DNA of 63,391 nt, filler included, from Reticulomyxa filosa (GCA_000512085.1; 19 parts of 19 records of this genome joined end to end with filler, not necessarily neighbours in it); one strand, 5' to 3'. Counted from the whole stretch's first letter, positions 10,599 through 24,354 are shown. Notes: generated by a model not told the origin, from the letters alone. Program-made: numbers and translations.

Positions 10599-11502
10599 GC
10601 ATTGTTTTGTTGTATTTTTTTGTAAACTATTTGGTTTCTTTTTTGTGTGTTCTTGTTCTCATATTTTATTTTATTATTTTATTTTTTTATGTTTGTTTTT
10701 GTTTCAGGTTTTTTTTTTTTTTACGGCATGGTAAATGGCATGGTGGAAACATTGACCATCACCAGGAAAAATTTGTGGTTTGAATACAAATGAGGTCAAC
10801 TATTATTTGACAACAATAGTTGTCTTTTTTTTCAATGGTGACGTTTAACCTCACCCTTTAAATGGAATAATCTACCTGTTGAGAGATCACTTTGGAAAAA
10901 GCCACAAAAACCATTTTTTAAAATATTACTTCCACTTTGATAAAAATGAGAGTTTTTTTGTTTTTGGTATTAAGAGAAAGTATAAAAATTGCGAAGAGGG
11001 GAAAAAATAAATGCGTTTTTCGAACCGCCGCCGTGCATGCTAACATATGCGTAATGTTCCCCTCACTAAAAAAAATGAAATGTTATTGGGTTGAGAAAAT
11101 GATTTTCATAACAGTGGACAACTTGTTGAAAATTTTCTTAATCATTGGTAATATTTTTTCCTTTGACCCGAAAATATTATTAAAAATCCCCAAAACTCTT
11201 GAAAATATTACCAAACGGCGATGGATCCTGCCTTTATCCATTTCAATCCCCTTCCACAAGAGGCACAGGATATGCAATACTCTTTGTCACGTTAAAACTA
11301 TTTTAAGTTTTTCAGCATTGCATACCGTACAAAAAACTAAGAATCTTCCTTAAATTTTGATGATGTTCAAGTACAAGATAAGCAAAAAAAAAAAATTAAA
11401 AAATAAAAAACAACAAAACACACATACAAAACGCACCATGACCAAACAATTTGATACATTTTTCCCACCACAAACGCATGAAGAATCAACAAGATTGCGA
11501 AA

Positions 11503-14466
11503 TTATGTTGTAGATTCTTGTATTTGCAATGCAGTGATAATGGCCCTCGTAGCATTGCGCAGTTGCTCTGATCTTTCACTCTTTTCTGTTAAATGCTTGG
11601 AGAGTGCATCCAAATACTTGTGTTGTTGATGCTCTATAATAATGAAGGAAAAGGAAAGAGAAAGGGACCAAGAAAAAGAGAAAATATATGATTAGAAAAA
11701 AATTGGCAAGGAAGGAGAGATGCACACAATTATGAAAATACCAGAGTAAAAATCATTTTGGTTGTGATCATGAACAGGTGCCAAATAAGGATCCATAGTA
11801 TTAAATAACTGTAAGCGTGGGGCTTGTTGACACATTTTGATAAACGAGCCAATTTCAGAGTCAGGACTGTGATTCTCTCCTTCCATCACAGCAAATGAGT
11901 GTTCTTGCAAGTGATCCATTTCATTGTCCACAGCAACTGGCTCGTTTTCGTATTCATGATCGATCAAAGAAGTTGACTTATGACGTTTTGCATCATCCAA
12001 ACATTTGGTATTATTTTTGTCTCGCGTTTGCGGCCCATTGTCTTTCATCTAGCATACAAACAGAAAAAAGGATAGTGGATGCACATGCACAAAACAAAGG
12101 AAGAAGGAAAAGGTTATAGTTACTACAACGTTAAAAAAAAAAAAAAGGACACGTAAGCACACATTTATTTATTTGTCAACCGTGTGTTGTTTTGTTGTGT
12201 CAGCAGCTGCAGATTCACTCGCTTTGTACGTATGTCCTAACGATTTGAAGATGGCCATAACACCACCGTCGGCGCCATCCAATGGACTAGAGCGTCGAGG
12301 GTTTGTGTTTGCTGAGGTATCCGAGTGGATCTCGGCGTGTTGTGCGTTTGTGTCGATCGACTGCTGTTGCGTTTTCAAATGTTGCAGGTTGGAATTCACA
12401 CTGACCGTAGATGCATTCATTAGTGATAAAAACGGTAGGGTTTGTCCGAACATCTTCGACGACTTGTTCTTGATCTCTTCCAATTCCTGTTCTGGATTAT
12501 GCAATGTTGACGAACCGGACCCTGTACAGAATTCCGACAGATAAGCAAGCAAAACTAGAGTCTCTACTTTATACTTTTTTTTAGCTTTGTGCTACGTACG
12601 TATGTGATAATGATCCTTTGAACGATGATTGATTTTAAAAAAAAAAAAAAAAAACACGAAAACAAAACAAGATATTGGTTGACTTGATAAATGGAGGGGT
12701 GGTGACGATTTCGGAGTGCCAGGGAGAATGCCTTGGATTGGAGGAGTTTTGTCATGGGAAATGGGAGGCTTGCTCCATGGCGACCCCTTATTATGAGGAC
12801 GATGATAACCATTGGTAACTTTATTGGTCACGTAATTGTCTTTGTCATCACTGTCTTCCCTTTCTTCTTCAGTATCTTTTTGGTCTTCTCTCTTTTCTTC
12901 TTCTTCTTCTTCTTCTTCTCCTCTAGTATTTGTTCTCCCCCTTTCTGTTTCAGTTTGAGGGAACGAGTCAGTAAACCCTTTACCTCCTCGATGCGCATTT
13001 AGGGCAGTAGATTTGAAGGAAGAGAGGGTATCCGATTTGTTGGCGTGGGGTTGGTATTGGATTGTGGTGGCATCGGATTTGTCATTGCTCAAACGTGCAT
13101 CATGCTGTTGTTGTTGTTGTTGTTGTTGTTGTTGTCGTCGATGTTGTTCCAATGGCGATGCCAGTGATGGTGTGGAACCAGACGAAGGGTGGAGTAGTGG
13201 ATTGGGAAGGGAGGACTTGGCAACTTCGTGGCCGTGTTCGCGAGTAAAGAAATGCTCCGGCTGCAGACATTCGGTCAAGTCCTTATGAACCAATGGCAGA
13301 TTTTTTCCGACCACGTGACGAATCAAAAACTCAAAGTCTTCCACAATATTTTTGCGAAAAAACACGGTGGTGCGAATGGAGCCAAATTTGGTGGACAGTG
13401 GTACAAAGCAGTAGCTTTCGATTTGTCCGTCGTCGAAATTCCAAATGCTTTCTTTGCTGTCGCTGTTATAAATAAAAGGATATAACGCAAACACAGGCAT
13501 TTCATTTTCACTCGCTCGCACTTTTTGTGCTTTTTTATCTTGTTCACTTTCTTGTCCGTTTGATCTACCATTCAGTGCATTGTCTTGTTTGCTTGCTTCC
13601 ATTTTATGCGTCTTCCTCTCCTCCTCTTTCTCTGGGGTTGCTACACCATTGCTGTTGTTTCCATCACCGATTTTGTTTTTCGCTTTTTTAGTTTTGTCCA
13701 TGATTTTGTCTTCTTCCTTTTTTTGTTTGTTTGTTTGTTTGGCTTTAATTGAGAGGTTTTATTTTTTTTTTGGTACATTGTTTTTTGTAGCATTATATAT
13801 AATTTATATCAAACAAAACAAAACTGAATAATAGGAGTGCCCATAAACATGTGGGTTCTCTTGATCAAATTCACCCAAATCAAAGTCGTCATCCGTGTCG
13901 CTATTGATGTGACTCTGTGTTACATCACCGACGACAACGGTGTTGGAGTCATGATTGCTTGTGTCACTGCCGCTTTTGCTTTTCTTCCCATTGATGATGA
14001 TGGAGTTTATATTATCTGTGAGTAAAATGGTGCTGTCACTTTTGTTTGGGGATGTGATTGCAGTTGTAGTTGTAGCTGTAGTTGCAATTGCAGTCGCTTT
14101 CGTAACGTTTTGCTCAGGAGTCAAATTTGAATTTGGATTTGGATTTAGATTGGGGTTGGGGTTGGGGTTGGGGTTGATCGGTATTGGACCACTTATTTCA
14201 TTATGCTCATTGACAATCGATTCCCAGCTTTGCACCAATTGATGTGTCGGGAGCAATCGCAAATACACCAAAATGCTTCGTATTTCTGTTGTCATTCGTT
14301 TGTATATCATCCCTGGGTCACTGGAGTTACCGCGATCATACCGGTTATTCATCTCGTGTTTATAGTTTATCATCCATCTCTCCAACAACACATGCTTCTT
14401 CAAATGCTCTGCTGACAATGATATGTCTGAACAATTTACATATTTCACACCACAACAATTCGACTC
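11503..14466 (-). CDS. ATG13: Autophagy-related protein 13 (HORMA domain plus long disordered tail), multi-exon, 5' truncated by the contig end
   Basis: HVLLERWMINY...IYKRMTTEIRSILVYLRLLPTHQL and FGSIRTTVFFR match the Atg13 HORMA domain. DSEIGSFIKMCQQAPRL resembles the plant-type ATG13 C-terminal motif. The last exon ends QIQESTT* at 11503. Confidence 0.8.
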
Positions 14467-14699
14467 TTTTTTTTTGTCTTGTTTTTGTTTTTTTAAAAAA
14501 AAAGAGGGAGCATATGATAGCGGGCAATCGCAAATTTTTTTTTTTTTTTTTTTTNNNNNNNNNNNNNNNNNNNNNNNNNNNNNNNNNNNNNNNNNNNNTT
14601 AATTAATTAANNNNNNNNNNNNNNNNNNNNNNNNNNNNNNNNNNNNNNNNNNNNACACAGACTTGCTTGTTGAAAATATTTTACATTATTCAAGTGGAT

Positions 14700-15626
14700 T
14701 TAAAGGATTTTTTAAAGAGTTTGCGTTTTGAGAAAGCCATAACGCAGAAAATGAACTGAAAGGAAACAGCCTATCTGGATTTATTCTGGGAGCATTGTTG
14801 TTGTCAAAATTATCAAATTATGTGCTACGTAGTACTCGATTGCTGTCATGAAAAGATCCAAACAATAATCTCTTAAGTGCACAGAGAATTTCCCCCGACA
14901 CACTTTTGTTGTCACTCTTGGTTCACTTCCCTCTTCTTGGCCTTTCATCGCATAAAATGGTTCTTTTTTTCAAAAATTCAATGCAATATTGTTTGAAATC
15001 CATAACAATAAAATGCAACAAATTTCACTTTCCATGTTTTGTTTTCGATGTAAGGAAACTCTTAAAAAGATATGTTTACCAATGTAAACGTATTATTTAA
15101 ATTATGTGATAAAGTATTTATTTGCTGGATCTTTAATCTAGTGAACAAATTCGAATATTCAGCAGACATAAAGTTTAAAACTAAACACAAAAACAAAAAA
15201 AACATGGTTTCAACAAAGTTTTTATCATTATTCAGTTTAAACAAAAAAGAAAAGGAATAGATTTACAAATTTAAAAAAATATTCCAACAATCAAAAGAAA
15301 GCACTTAACTTGTTTTGAGAATATATTAAAAATTGGTGTTGAAACACTTTGATGATATAAAAAGTAAAACTGAATAACGTTTATAATTTCTTTTCAATGA
15401 GAAGACAAGATTTTTTATTTCATTCAATAAAATAGAAAAAAAATATTATGGCCATTATCCATCTTCGCTTCTGAGAAGGACGTCGCGTAAAGATTAACAA
15501 CAAAAACTGAGAACAGCAAAAACAGCAACTCCTCCACACAAGCTCACGATTTGGATTTAGATAAGTCACGTTTTCATCTACAATCTCGATATCCTTACTT
15601 TTCACTCTTCGTAATGGTACTGACAT
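14700..15626 (-). CDS. Hypothetical membrane protein, multi-exon, head-to-head with ALG6
   Basis: ATG 15626 starts MSVPLRRVKSKDIEIVDEN..., followed by hydrophobic segments. A further exon-like stretch EPFYAMKGQEEGSEPRVTTKVCRGKFSVHLRDYCLDLF lies at ~14830-14963. Exon structure uncertain. Confidence 0.35.
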
Positions 15627-15822
15627 TATGAAGATTGCGCTTCCCTTTTTATTTCCGTTTTTTTTTGTTTTTTTCTCTATGGACCGGCTCTTTGATTGCT
15701 TTTTTCATAATGCAAGTAGTGGTTTTAACTTAAGTCTTAAGATACTAAATTTCAATTACCAAAAAAAAAGACCTTTGCACAAAGGGGTTTTTTTTTACGC
15801 TTGTGACATTATAAACTTGGAA

Positions 15823-17878
15823 ATGAGTGAGCGTTTGTTTCGTACCCATCATTTATTGCAATATTTTGAACGGAATAACACCTTACAGCTGGGTGTGCTA
15901 TGTATAAGCATCTTGGCAGTGTTCGTTCGGCTATGTGTAGGAGTAGGTAGCTATAGCGGAATGCATAAGCCTCCAATGTATGGAGACTTTGAAGCACAAC
16001 GACATTGGATGGAAATAACAGTGAATTTGCCAATAACAGAGTGGTAACAAAAACTCAAGTGCCAATGACTTGATGTACTGGGGACTGGACTATCCACCAT
16101 TGAGTGCATATCACAGTTATATCTGTGGAAAGTTGGCACAATGGTTAAATCCGGCAATGATCGCATTACATGAGTCTCGAGGCAATGAAAGTAACTTTAC
16201 AAAAATGTTTATGCGTATGTCCAGTGTCATATCCGATGCGCTTATCTTTTTTCCGGCTGTTTTTGTGTTCTTCAAACTATTTTATCCCGCAAGTTCAATT
16301 CACTAATTAATTTATTTGTCCATCGATTTATTGTTCCAAAAAAAAACAAAACCAAAAAAAACAAAACACGTCATCAACAACAAAAAAATCCATACGTCAT
16401 CAATAACAACAAAAAAAAAACAACAGAGTCTGGACAACACAACAAAGTGGAGTATTATGCGTATTGTTGAGTCCATTGTTTATATTGATTGATCATGGAC
16501 ACTTCCAATACAATAGCGTTTGTTTGGGTTTGATATTGTGGAGCATCAATTGCATGCTTTTGGATTATCATTTGTTGGGATGTGTACTATTTGTGTGTGC
16601 TCTGTCTTTCAAGGTCATGGCTCTGTACTTTGCAATCCCATTTTTTTGGTAAGTAAAAAAAAAAAAAAATATATATATATAAAGATTTTTTTGCTACGAA
16701 CAAACAAATAAATAAATAAATGAAGCTATTGCATTGGCGATCTATTGAAACGACAAAAGAATGGCAAAGAGATAGTGCTACACGTGATAATGTATGGAGT
16801 GACTGTGATAGCGAGCTGCGCGATAGTGTTTAGCCCATGGTTATTACTTGGAGACAATGAATCAAATTCAGGCGTGAAACAAGTGTTGCATCGAATGTTT
16901 CCGTTAGGACGCGGGCTGTTTGAAGACAAAGTCGCTAATGCGTGGTGTGCGACCAATATTGCAATGAAATGGAGGGAGATTCTCGGTAATCAAAACATGG
17001 CATATATCTCGGCCATTGTCACTTTTCTCGTTTGCTTGCCTTCCTCTATCGCTTTGCTCAAACACACTACCAAAAAGCATTTCATTTATTGCCTTTCTTC
17101 CTGTGGATTAGCTTTCTTTTTATTTTCTTATCAGGCAATTGCCTCTATCTTTATATGCATATATATACATATATACATATATGTATATTACATTTGTGTG
17201 TGTATCTAATAACAATAGGTGCATGAAAAGAATGTATTATTCCCAATGCTTCCTATAACATTGTTGGTATTGGAAACCCCTTATTTCGTACTGGGATTGA
17301 CTTGTATTGCCACGTTTAGCATGCTACCTTTGTTAGAAAAAGACGGATTAATCTATTGGTATTGGTCTTTGCAAATCATTTTTTACGGATTGGCGGGACA
17401 TATTCAACCCTTGCACCGTGCCCGACCCACTCCGTTTCCGACTGACTCCACTCTCGCAAAACAGGCTGGCCCAATCCATGATAATCTACATTCTGGTGAC
17501 AATGGAAGCGATGAGGATGAGAAGGATGACAATGGAGATAAAAAGAAAGTAAAGGCCAGAGAAAGTGGTGTGGAATACGGTGGAGATCGCACACCAACGC
17601 AATGGGAAAGGCCTGATCCCATTCGAGGATATTACAAGTATTGGCTTTGTGTACCTATTGTCACTTTGCTGCTTTATTTAGTCTCCAAAGTCGAATTTTC
17701 ACAAAAATTTCCTGACATTGGCACTTACATCATTATCATCTTTTCTTTTGCCAATTTTGTCTTGGCCTATTTCATGATTCTCTTTCAACAAATCAACGAA
17801 GTTCTCGGAGTTTCTGATGAAATGCCACATTTCCACGAATACTTTGTTCCATCTCTTCGCCAAAAAAAAGAACAATAA
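15823..17878 (+). CDS. ALG6: Dolichyl-PP-Man9GlcNAc2 alpha-1,3-glucosyltransferase, 4 exons
   Basis: Motifs PPMYGDFEAQRHWMEIT, YWGLDYPPLSAYHS, LIDHGHFQYN, RMFPLGRGLFEDKVANAWC and FSYQ|VHEK. One extra A at ~16046 interrupts WYKNSSANDLMYWG. The last intron (17135-17218) is GC-AG. Confidence 0.93.
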
Positions 17879-18463
17879 AAGTCTTTTTGTTTTAATCCTT
17901 TCTTTTCATTTTTTAATCTCTTGGACTAACCAAAGAATCATTTATCATTAGTCACTTGCTTTAAATTAAGTAATTAATTCATCACATAATCCTTTGTTTG
18001 AAGCAAAAGTATTTCTTGTAAAAAAAAAGATGTTCGAAAACACGAGTGACCAGACTGACAACTTAGCAGAACTTGAAAACAAATCCGCAAACAATTAAAA
18101 ATGGCAGTAACTGTCATTAAATTTATCTATGATATTTTTCAATATGAAATTACTTTCCAAGTTCTAGAAAGTGTGTTTTTGGTGTATCTTTTGAAATNNN
18201 NNNNNNNNNNNNNNNNNNNNNNNNNNNNNNNNNNNNNNNNNTTAATTAATTAANNNNNNNNNNNNNNNNNNNNNNNNNNNNNNNNNNNNNNNNNNNNAAA
18301 AAAAAAAGAGGAAATAGATCAACTTTCAAGAAAAACAACACTAAAAGAAAGCGTCTCTCCTTTTTGCTTATTGATTTTCTTTGCCCCACACAACAAATAA
18401 AGACTGTCTCAAAAGGAATTTTTTTCTCTCGCATTGAAATCGTGATTATATGAGAAAACATTT

Positions 18464-19364
18464 TCATTCGTATTCGTATCTAGGTTGATATCTCACTTGC
18501 TTTTGTGCGTCTTTCTCCAGCATCGCTTGGATGGTATCTTTCAGAGGAGCTAATTCGCGATCATCCACCAACTTAAACTCTTTCACAAAGTAAATAAAGT
18601 GTTTGAAGCATGTATTCAAATGAGCTTCACAGTCCAACTGCACAATTTTTTGAATGTGTGAATGATATATGTGTCCGTACACTCGAAACAATCTTTTTAG
18701 TATCGTTTTGCAAACCGATCGAAAATCTTTCGGAAATTTCACATCCTTTTTTTTTTAATTAAACATGAAGAAGTACATTTACGTATACGTTCTTTGTCTG
18801 TAATTTACTCTTCTCACTTTGAACCTTTTTTTTTGTCTGTCCCTCTGCAAAAAAAGAAATATACAATGCAATAAACATATGTATGTATATTTAAACCTCT
18901 TCGACTGGGAAGATTTGTGGATCATTGATTTGAGTTTCGACCCAAGACATCAAGTAATCAATGTATTTAGGCGCGCTCACTTTAATTGGTTTTTTAAATT
19001 TTACTCCGTCCATCCACAAATATTCATATTTCGGTCCGGCACTCATAAGTGGGCAGTTTTCATCAGTGCAAAATTCGGTGATGATACCGTACAGTAACGA
19101 TATTTCATTGAAAAAATCTACCACATTCACTGCTAACCATTCCAACGGATCTTCGCCCTTTGGCAATTTTACCGCTTCCGCCATATTTCCTGCTCCCAAT
19201 GTTGCCGATGAGTACTCATGCAATGCCACACGTTTTTGACTCCCGTGCTTTTTTCCTTCTTTGAAGTGTTTGTTGCCGCTCTTGCTGGAACTAGCACTTC
19301 CGTTTGACGTTGACGCGGACGCTGACGCTGACGCTGATGTTGATGTTGGTGTTGCCTGTGCCAT
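18464..19364 (-). CDS. MOB1: MOB kinase activator (MOB1 family), 2 exons
   Basis: ATLGAGNMAEAVKLPKGEDPLEWLAVNVVDFFNEI..MSAGPKYEYLW..KTILKRLFRVYGHIYHSH..EAHLNTCFKHF. Intron at ~18746-18895. Confidence 0.93.
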
Positions 19365-20591
19365 TTTTTCTTAATTTTTTACTATTTGTCACTAATTAGT
19401 TGTTTAGTATTTATTTATTGCTTTCTTGTTATTATGTGCCTTTATTCCAACTAAAAACTTCGAAGTAGGCCCAAAAGTAAAAAAAAACAGAAGCAACTAC
19501 TTTTTAAAAAAACAGATTGCAAAGTACAGCAATTGTTGGTATTAAAGATAATAAAAACAATCAAATATTATAAATAAACAATATAATAAAAAATAAAATA
19601 TTTGCAAGTTATTCAGATATGTCAATTTTTGGTTTCACACCGAAAAGTATCACATATTTAATCGCTACACACAAAAATATTTTTCTTTTCAACGTCAAAA
19701 ATACTAAACTCATAAATATAAAAATAATTTTTAACAACCAAAAAAAATAAAATTTAAAAAACAAAAAATTTGGTTTGAGTACCCATAAAGGCGTCAACTA
19801 ACTTTTTTTACAAAAAACAAAAAAATTAGTTTGAATTATGTTTATTGTTTTGAAAGCGTAATTTACATTGAACGTATTATTATTGTATTTGTGAAATTTT
19901 TATTTTTATTTTTTCTAAACAATATCTTACTCATTTATTAATTCGTTTAATTATTTCCAACAACAAGTTTTCAACATAAAAAATAATGTTATTTTAGATT
20001 TTGCATCTTAACATATCAGATTGAGCGCGTAAATGCTGCTGAAAAAACTTTCTGGAAGGCTTATATTCATGATATTGCCTTTGAATTTAGTTTTAAAAAC
20101 TTTTTATTATATACTAGACACAATATATGCTGCTTTATGTTAGTCATTTCAATGTGTTGATATAAGTTTGAAAGCGTTTTTGCATGTTCATAAATTTATG
20201 TATTTCAATTTGTAGGGCAAGCCCTTATCACACACTGCTGAACGCTTATTGAACTGAGGAGCTTCCTTTGGGCTAAACCTCCTCAACAAACTACATCTTA
20301 CTTGTTTTCTCTCTTAATTCTTTTGTCTTTGATTTATTCTTTAATTTACTTTTGTTTACTGAAAGTCACTATCATTGAGAATAAAATTATTTCGTATTAC
20401 ATTTAGTGAAGCTCTTCACTGTAGACTCCCTACAAATTAATTAATAAAAAACATATAAAGACAAATTGTAAAATATTTGTTCGTTGCGANNNNNNNNNNN
20501 NNNNNNNNNNNNNNNNNNNNNNNNNNNNNNNNNTTAATTAATTAANNNNNNNNNNNNNNNNNNNNNNNNNNNNNNNNNNNNNNNNNNNNAA

Positions 20592-20628
<37 letters not shown>

Positions 20629-20729
20629 TATATAGTGCATATATAAAAGTGTGAAAGTTTTTTTTTAAAGTACTTCACATGTACTCTTTTTTTTTTTAAA
20701 AAAAAAAAAAATGAATAGTAACCTTTGAG

Positions 20730-21131
20730 TTGGGCCATCGGAACAACGCGTATGGGAGATTGTTGAGTGAATTGTTGGAAGAGAACAAAGGCATCAGCGA
20801 TCTACGGATGAATGGCGATTTGACATCGTTAGCGACGTTTCAACATGGACTTTCGCATTGGGAAGAAATCAACTCGTGTTTGCATTACACTTGGCTTCGT
20901 TGCAAAGCTGCTTTGTTCAAATTTGTATCGAAGTGCGCTTGCTTCGTTTGCTCTCGTTGTTCCTGTTGTTCTTGTTGTCCCTCTTCTTCTTCTTCGCAAC
21001 AGCAACAATCTCCTGATACTATCGACAACCCAGTCTTTGTCTTGTTTCGAAACCAAACTGTCAGAGATATATATTTGCGGCAAAAAACAAATGCCAACAG
21101 TCGTGTCTCTCTTGCTAATGCTCACATTTAA
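20730..21131 (+). CDS. 3' exon of a hypothetical protein (Cys-rich, putatively palmitoylated stretch)
   Basis: GC-elevated open frame after an intron-like tract, containing CACFVCSRCSCCSCCP. No family recognised. Confidence 0.4.
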   Translation: MGHRNNAYGRLLSELLEENKGISDLRMNGDLTSLATFQHGLSHWEEINSCLHYTWLRCKAALFKFVSKCACFVCSRCSCCSCCPSSSSSQQQQSPDTIDNPVFVLFRNQTVRDIYLRQKTNANSRVSLANAHI

Positions 21132-21744
21132 CGTAATATAAAATGATACTTTTTTACACCTTTATTCAAAAAATTCTTTTTTTTTTTTTTTTTTTGAAAA
21201 AATTAAAATTTTTAGTTTGTAATATTGCTTGTTTCGGTTTTGTGATTTTTTTGTTGGCTGTGAACGTGTCAACAATAAAGGGAATACTCCAAAAAAAAAA
21301 AAAGTGTTCAAAAGATATCGTAACACAAATATTTGCGAGTTTTGAGAAGAAAATTTAAATGTTTGGAAATAAAAAATGCCTTTGTTATGTTTATGTTTCT
21401 TTCAATTGGCGATATATCGAGAAAAATGCTATCCAATTCCGCTTTTGCTTTGGGTTTAATTTTATGCTGGTTTCAAACTTTTGGTCAATTAAAATATTGC
21501 TCTCGGAATTGGCATTGCCATTTAGCTCAGAAATATCATATCGTTTTAAATATCATATTGTTCTCAAACTCATAACTGATCTCTTGTAAGCAAATTTAAT
21601 TTGAAGAATAACATCCCCATGAATAGGTGGTGATACCCAAACGCCAAATGAAAGACTGTTTGACTGCTTCTTTTGTAAACTAAGAAAAACAAACAAATAT
21701 TGAGCAAATTGTAAAAACCACTTTGTTTTTGTGACTTCGACAAA

Positions 21745-23253
21745 TTGAAACGTTGCATTACTTTTCAATTACAGGACAAATCCCCACAAGGCTCGGAAAC
21801 AAAAGGATCAGAGCTGAACCTCAATGTCAGGTGCAGTCCCAAAAATGGCCGAGAGAATAGTTACAGCATACCAATGTGTGAAAATTGTTGTGAACAATCA
21901 TGTTCAGCTGAGTTCGTGCACAATGTCAACGCGGGAAACGGAAATGCAAACGACCACTTTCGTCTTATTGAATTAGCAAAGAATAGATTGAATGAATATC
22001 TGCAATTGGACCAACAAGTTGAACCAAATACCAGATTTTTTTCTCTCTCCCTTCATTTTTTTTTGTTCTTCTTCATTGCTTTTGTCATATCTTTTTTTTT
22101 AATACAAAGTACTTTAACATATATTTTTAATTTTTCTTGCGCTTTTAGCATACTGGCCCCAGAGACATTCTAGAACAAGAGCACAACAAAGAGACGTACA
22201 CGCCTGCAGCGACAAAAACAACGGAAGAAGAGTCAAAAACCACAAATTCTACCGAGGAAACCAAATTTGCAGAATTGGTTTGTTTATGTTTGTTTACAAT
22301 GTGTAGATACGTACATACGTATAATGCATCTCAAAAGAACGTGCAAAAAAAAAAAAAATGAAATAATATTGTAACAATATGTCTGCAAAGATAATCTCAA
22401 ACAATGGATTATGGATTTCAAAAACGAAATGGGTGATCAATCCCAAACATCAACTGCGTCTTTCATGGACGGTATACCTATTGTTCCCGTGTATTCTTTA
22501 CACATCAGTATGAGCTGTTGTTGTTGTTTTTTTTTTTTTTTGAAAAATATAAAAAATCGCCGTTATACTATTTTATGTGTTACTTGTGTGGGGGGGGGGG
22601 GGGAAAAAAAAAGATTCGTGTACCATATTCGATTGCGTTTGAAATTAACGAATTAAACCCGGCAGACAATTTGGATCACTTTATTTTGAATCGAATTGTG
22701 GATGCCGTGTTTTTATTGGATATGGTGCTCACGTTCATGACTGCACGTTTCAAGGCACGCAGCTGATAATAGCGCCGAGAGACATTGTCACCAGTTACTT
22801 AAAGAACTGGTTTTTGGTAGATCTGATATCATCCTTTCCGTTTGACATATGCTTTTGGTTGGCAATGCACCAAGAAAACACGAAATCGACGGATGAACAT
22901 ACCACATTGCAACAAAACTCGATCCGCTCCTCGAAAATCCTTGGTCTCTTGCGCATTTTGCCGGGCATGAAAATTTTGAGATTGTTCCGGCTGAAGCGTG
23001 CATTGGTCGCGATGCAAGCGAGTGCCAACTTGAACTTTAGCATTATGAAAGTGGTTAGCTTTGCATGCACAACTATGTTTCTGGCCCACTTAATGTCCTG
23101 CATCTGGATCACTGTGGAAACGCAGTACGTACCCCAAAAGTACTCTGTCCTCCACATGACTTCACATACTGAAACCAGAGCCGAAAAGTACGTTGCCGGC
23201 CTTTATTGGGCTTTTCAAACTATGACCACCGTTGGATATGGTGATTTACATGG
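21745..23253 (+). CDS. Voltage-gated / cyclic-nucleotide-regulated (EAG/CNG/HCN-like) K+ channel, partial multi-exon
   Basis: IVDAVFLLDMVLTFMTA, SYLKNWFLVDLISSFPFD, S4 segment LLRILPGMKILRLFRLKR, AHLMSCIW, and pore YVAGLYWAFQTMTTVGYGDL. One-base deletion near 22753. Confidence 0.88.
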
Positions 23254-23854
23254 TACCAAAATTTTTTTTCTTTTTTNNNNNNNNNNNNNNNNNNNNNNNN
23301 NNNNNNNNNNNNNNNNNNNNTTAATTAATTAANNNNNNNNNNNNNNNNNNNNNNNNNNNNNNNNNNNNNNNNNNNNTATTCAAATTTCAAAGTAAAAATA
23401 CTTTTTTTTATTTTGTTTTAAAATTTTACTACAAAATTGTAATGTTGAAAAGTTTGACTTTCTTTGTTTTGTTTTGTTTTTTTTTACGAAGTGATGTGTC
23501 AATTTTTTGACGAGGTACTTCTTTTTTAACTTGGAAAGTAATATCTTGGCTTTATAGCAATCATCTAAAAAAAAAAAAAAGAAAAAAGCATATCAAAACA
23601 TTACTATCAAATCAAATGTGCAGCAGCAAGCAAATAATTATTATTATACTGATGCTGCTAAAAGTCAAAGATCAAATGATAATGAAAATAATAATGGTAA
23701 TCGAAAATCAAAGAAAAGGACAGATAGAAAGAAGAATAAATTTTTTTTTTAGATGGGTTGCAGTGGGGACGTGTCATACAACGATCCATGCAAAATAATC
23801 AAAAGAAAAACAATAAAGTTATTTCAATTTAAATTGAGATCTACTTGAGAAATC

Positions 23855-24290
23855 TTGACAATTGTTCAAATCCTTCTCTTGGTATCGACTACGAACTTGG
23901 CTGCTGCCTTCACAACTTTGATCCTGACATCTGGTTTCCAAGATCAACAATAATGAGTTGTTTCATTGGTAGGGACAATACATTGGTATATGGAAGCAAT
24001 TCTTGGACATTTATCCACCAACTGCGAATTAATTCACTGTACCGCAAACATTCCACAACAAATAAAATCAGGAGAATTTGATCTTTGTATATTATGCAAA
24101 TAATCATTCAATACAATTTTGCCAGTAATCAATCGAAAAATGATTTTGCGTTCGCTAAATGTCAATGAATGTAATAAAATCTTTTCAAATGATTGAACAT
24201 TCGTCAGGTTAAATAAGAAATATCGTGGCATTACATGTCTTGGAATATAAATCACTTCGAAAATCCAATGTCTATTCCATTGCTCTGTAA
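23855..24290 (-). mobile_element. Degraded 3' end of a non-LTR retrotransposon (LINE) ORF2
   Basis: Frame-stitched translation IIFRLITGKIVLNDYLHNIQRSNSPD / FVVECLRYSELIRSWW ... IKVVKAAAKFVVDTKRRI*. This matches the RL.TG...LN.YL..I....SP.C....H...EC..Y...R zinc-knuckle region and the F...T.R end typical of LINE ORF2 C-termini. Confidence 0.6.
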
Positions 24291-24354
24291 AGAAGAGATT
24301 TAATCAATGATTATTTAGGAATGCTGCTGATCAAAAATAAATAACGAGTCGTTT

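Noticed and set aside
12173-14606. Plus-strand ORFs with poly-Cys/poly-Val
   Set aside because: Antisense shadows of ATG13 low-complexity (CAA)n exons.
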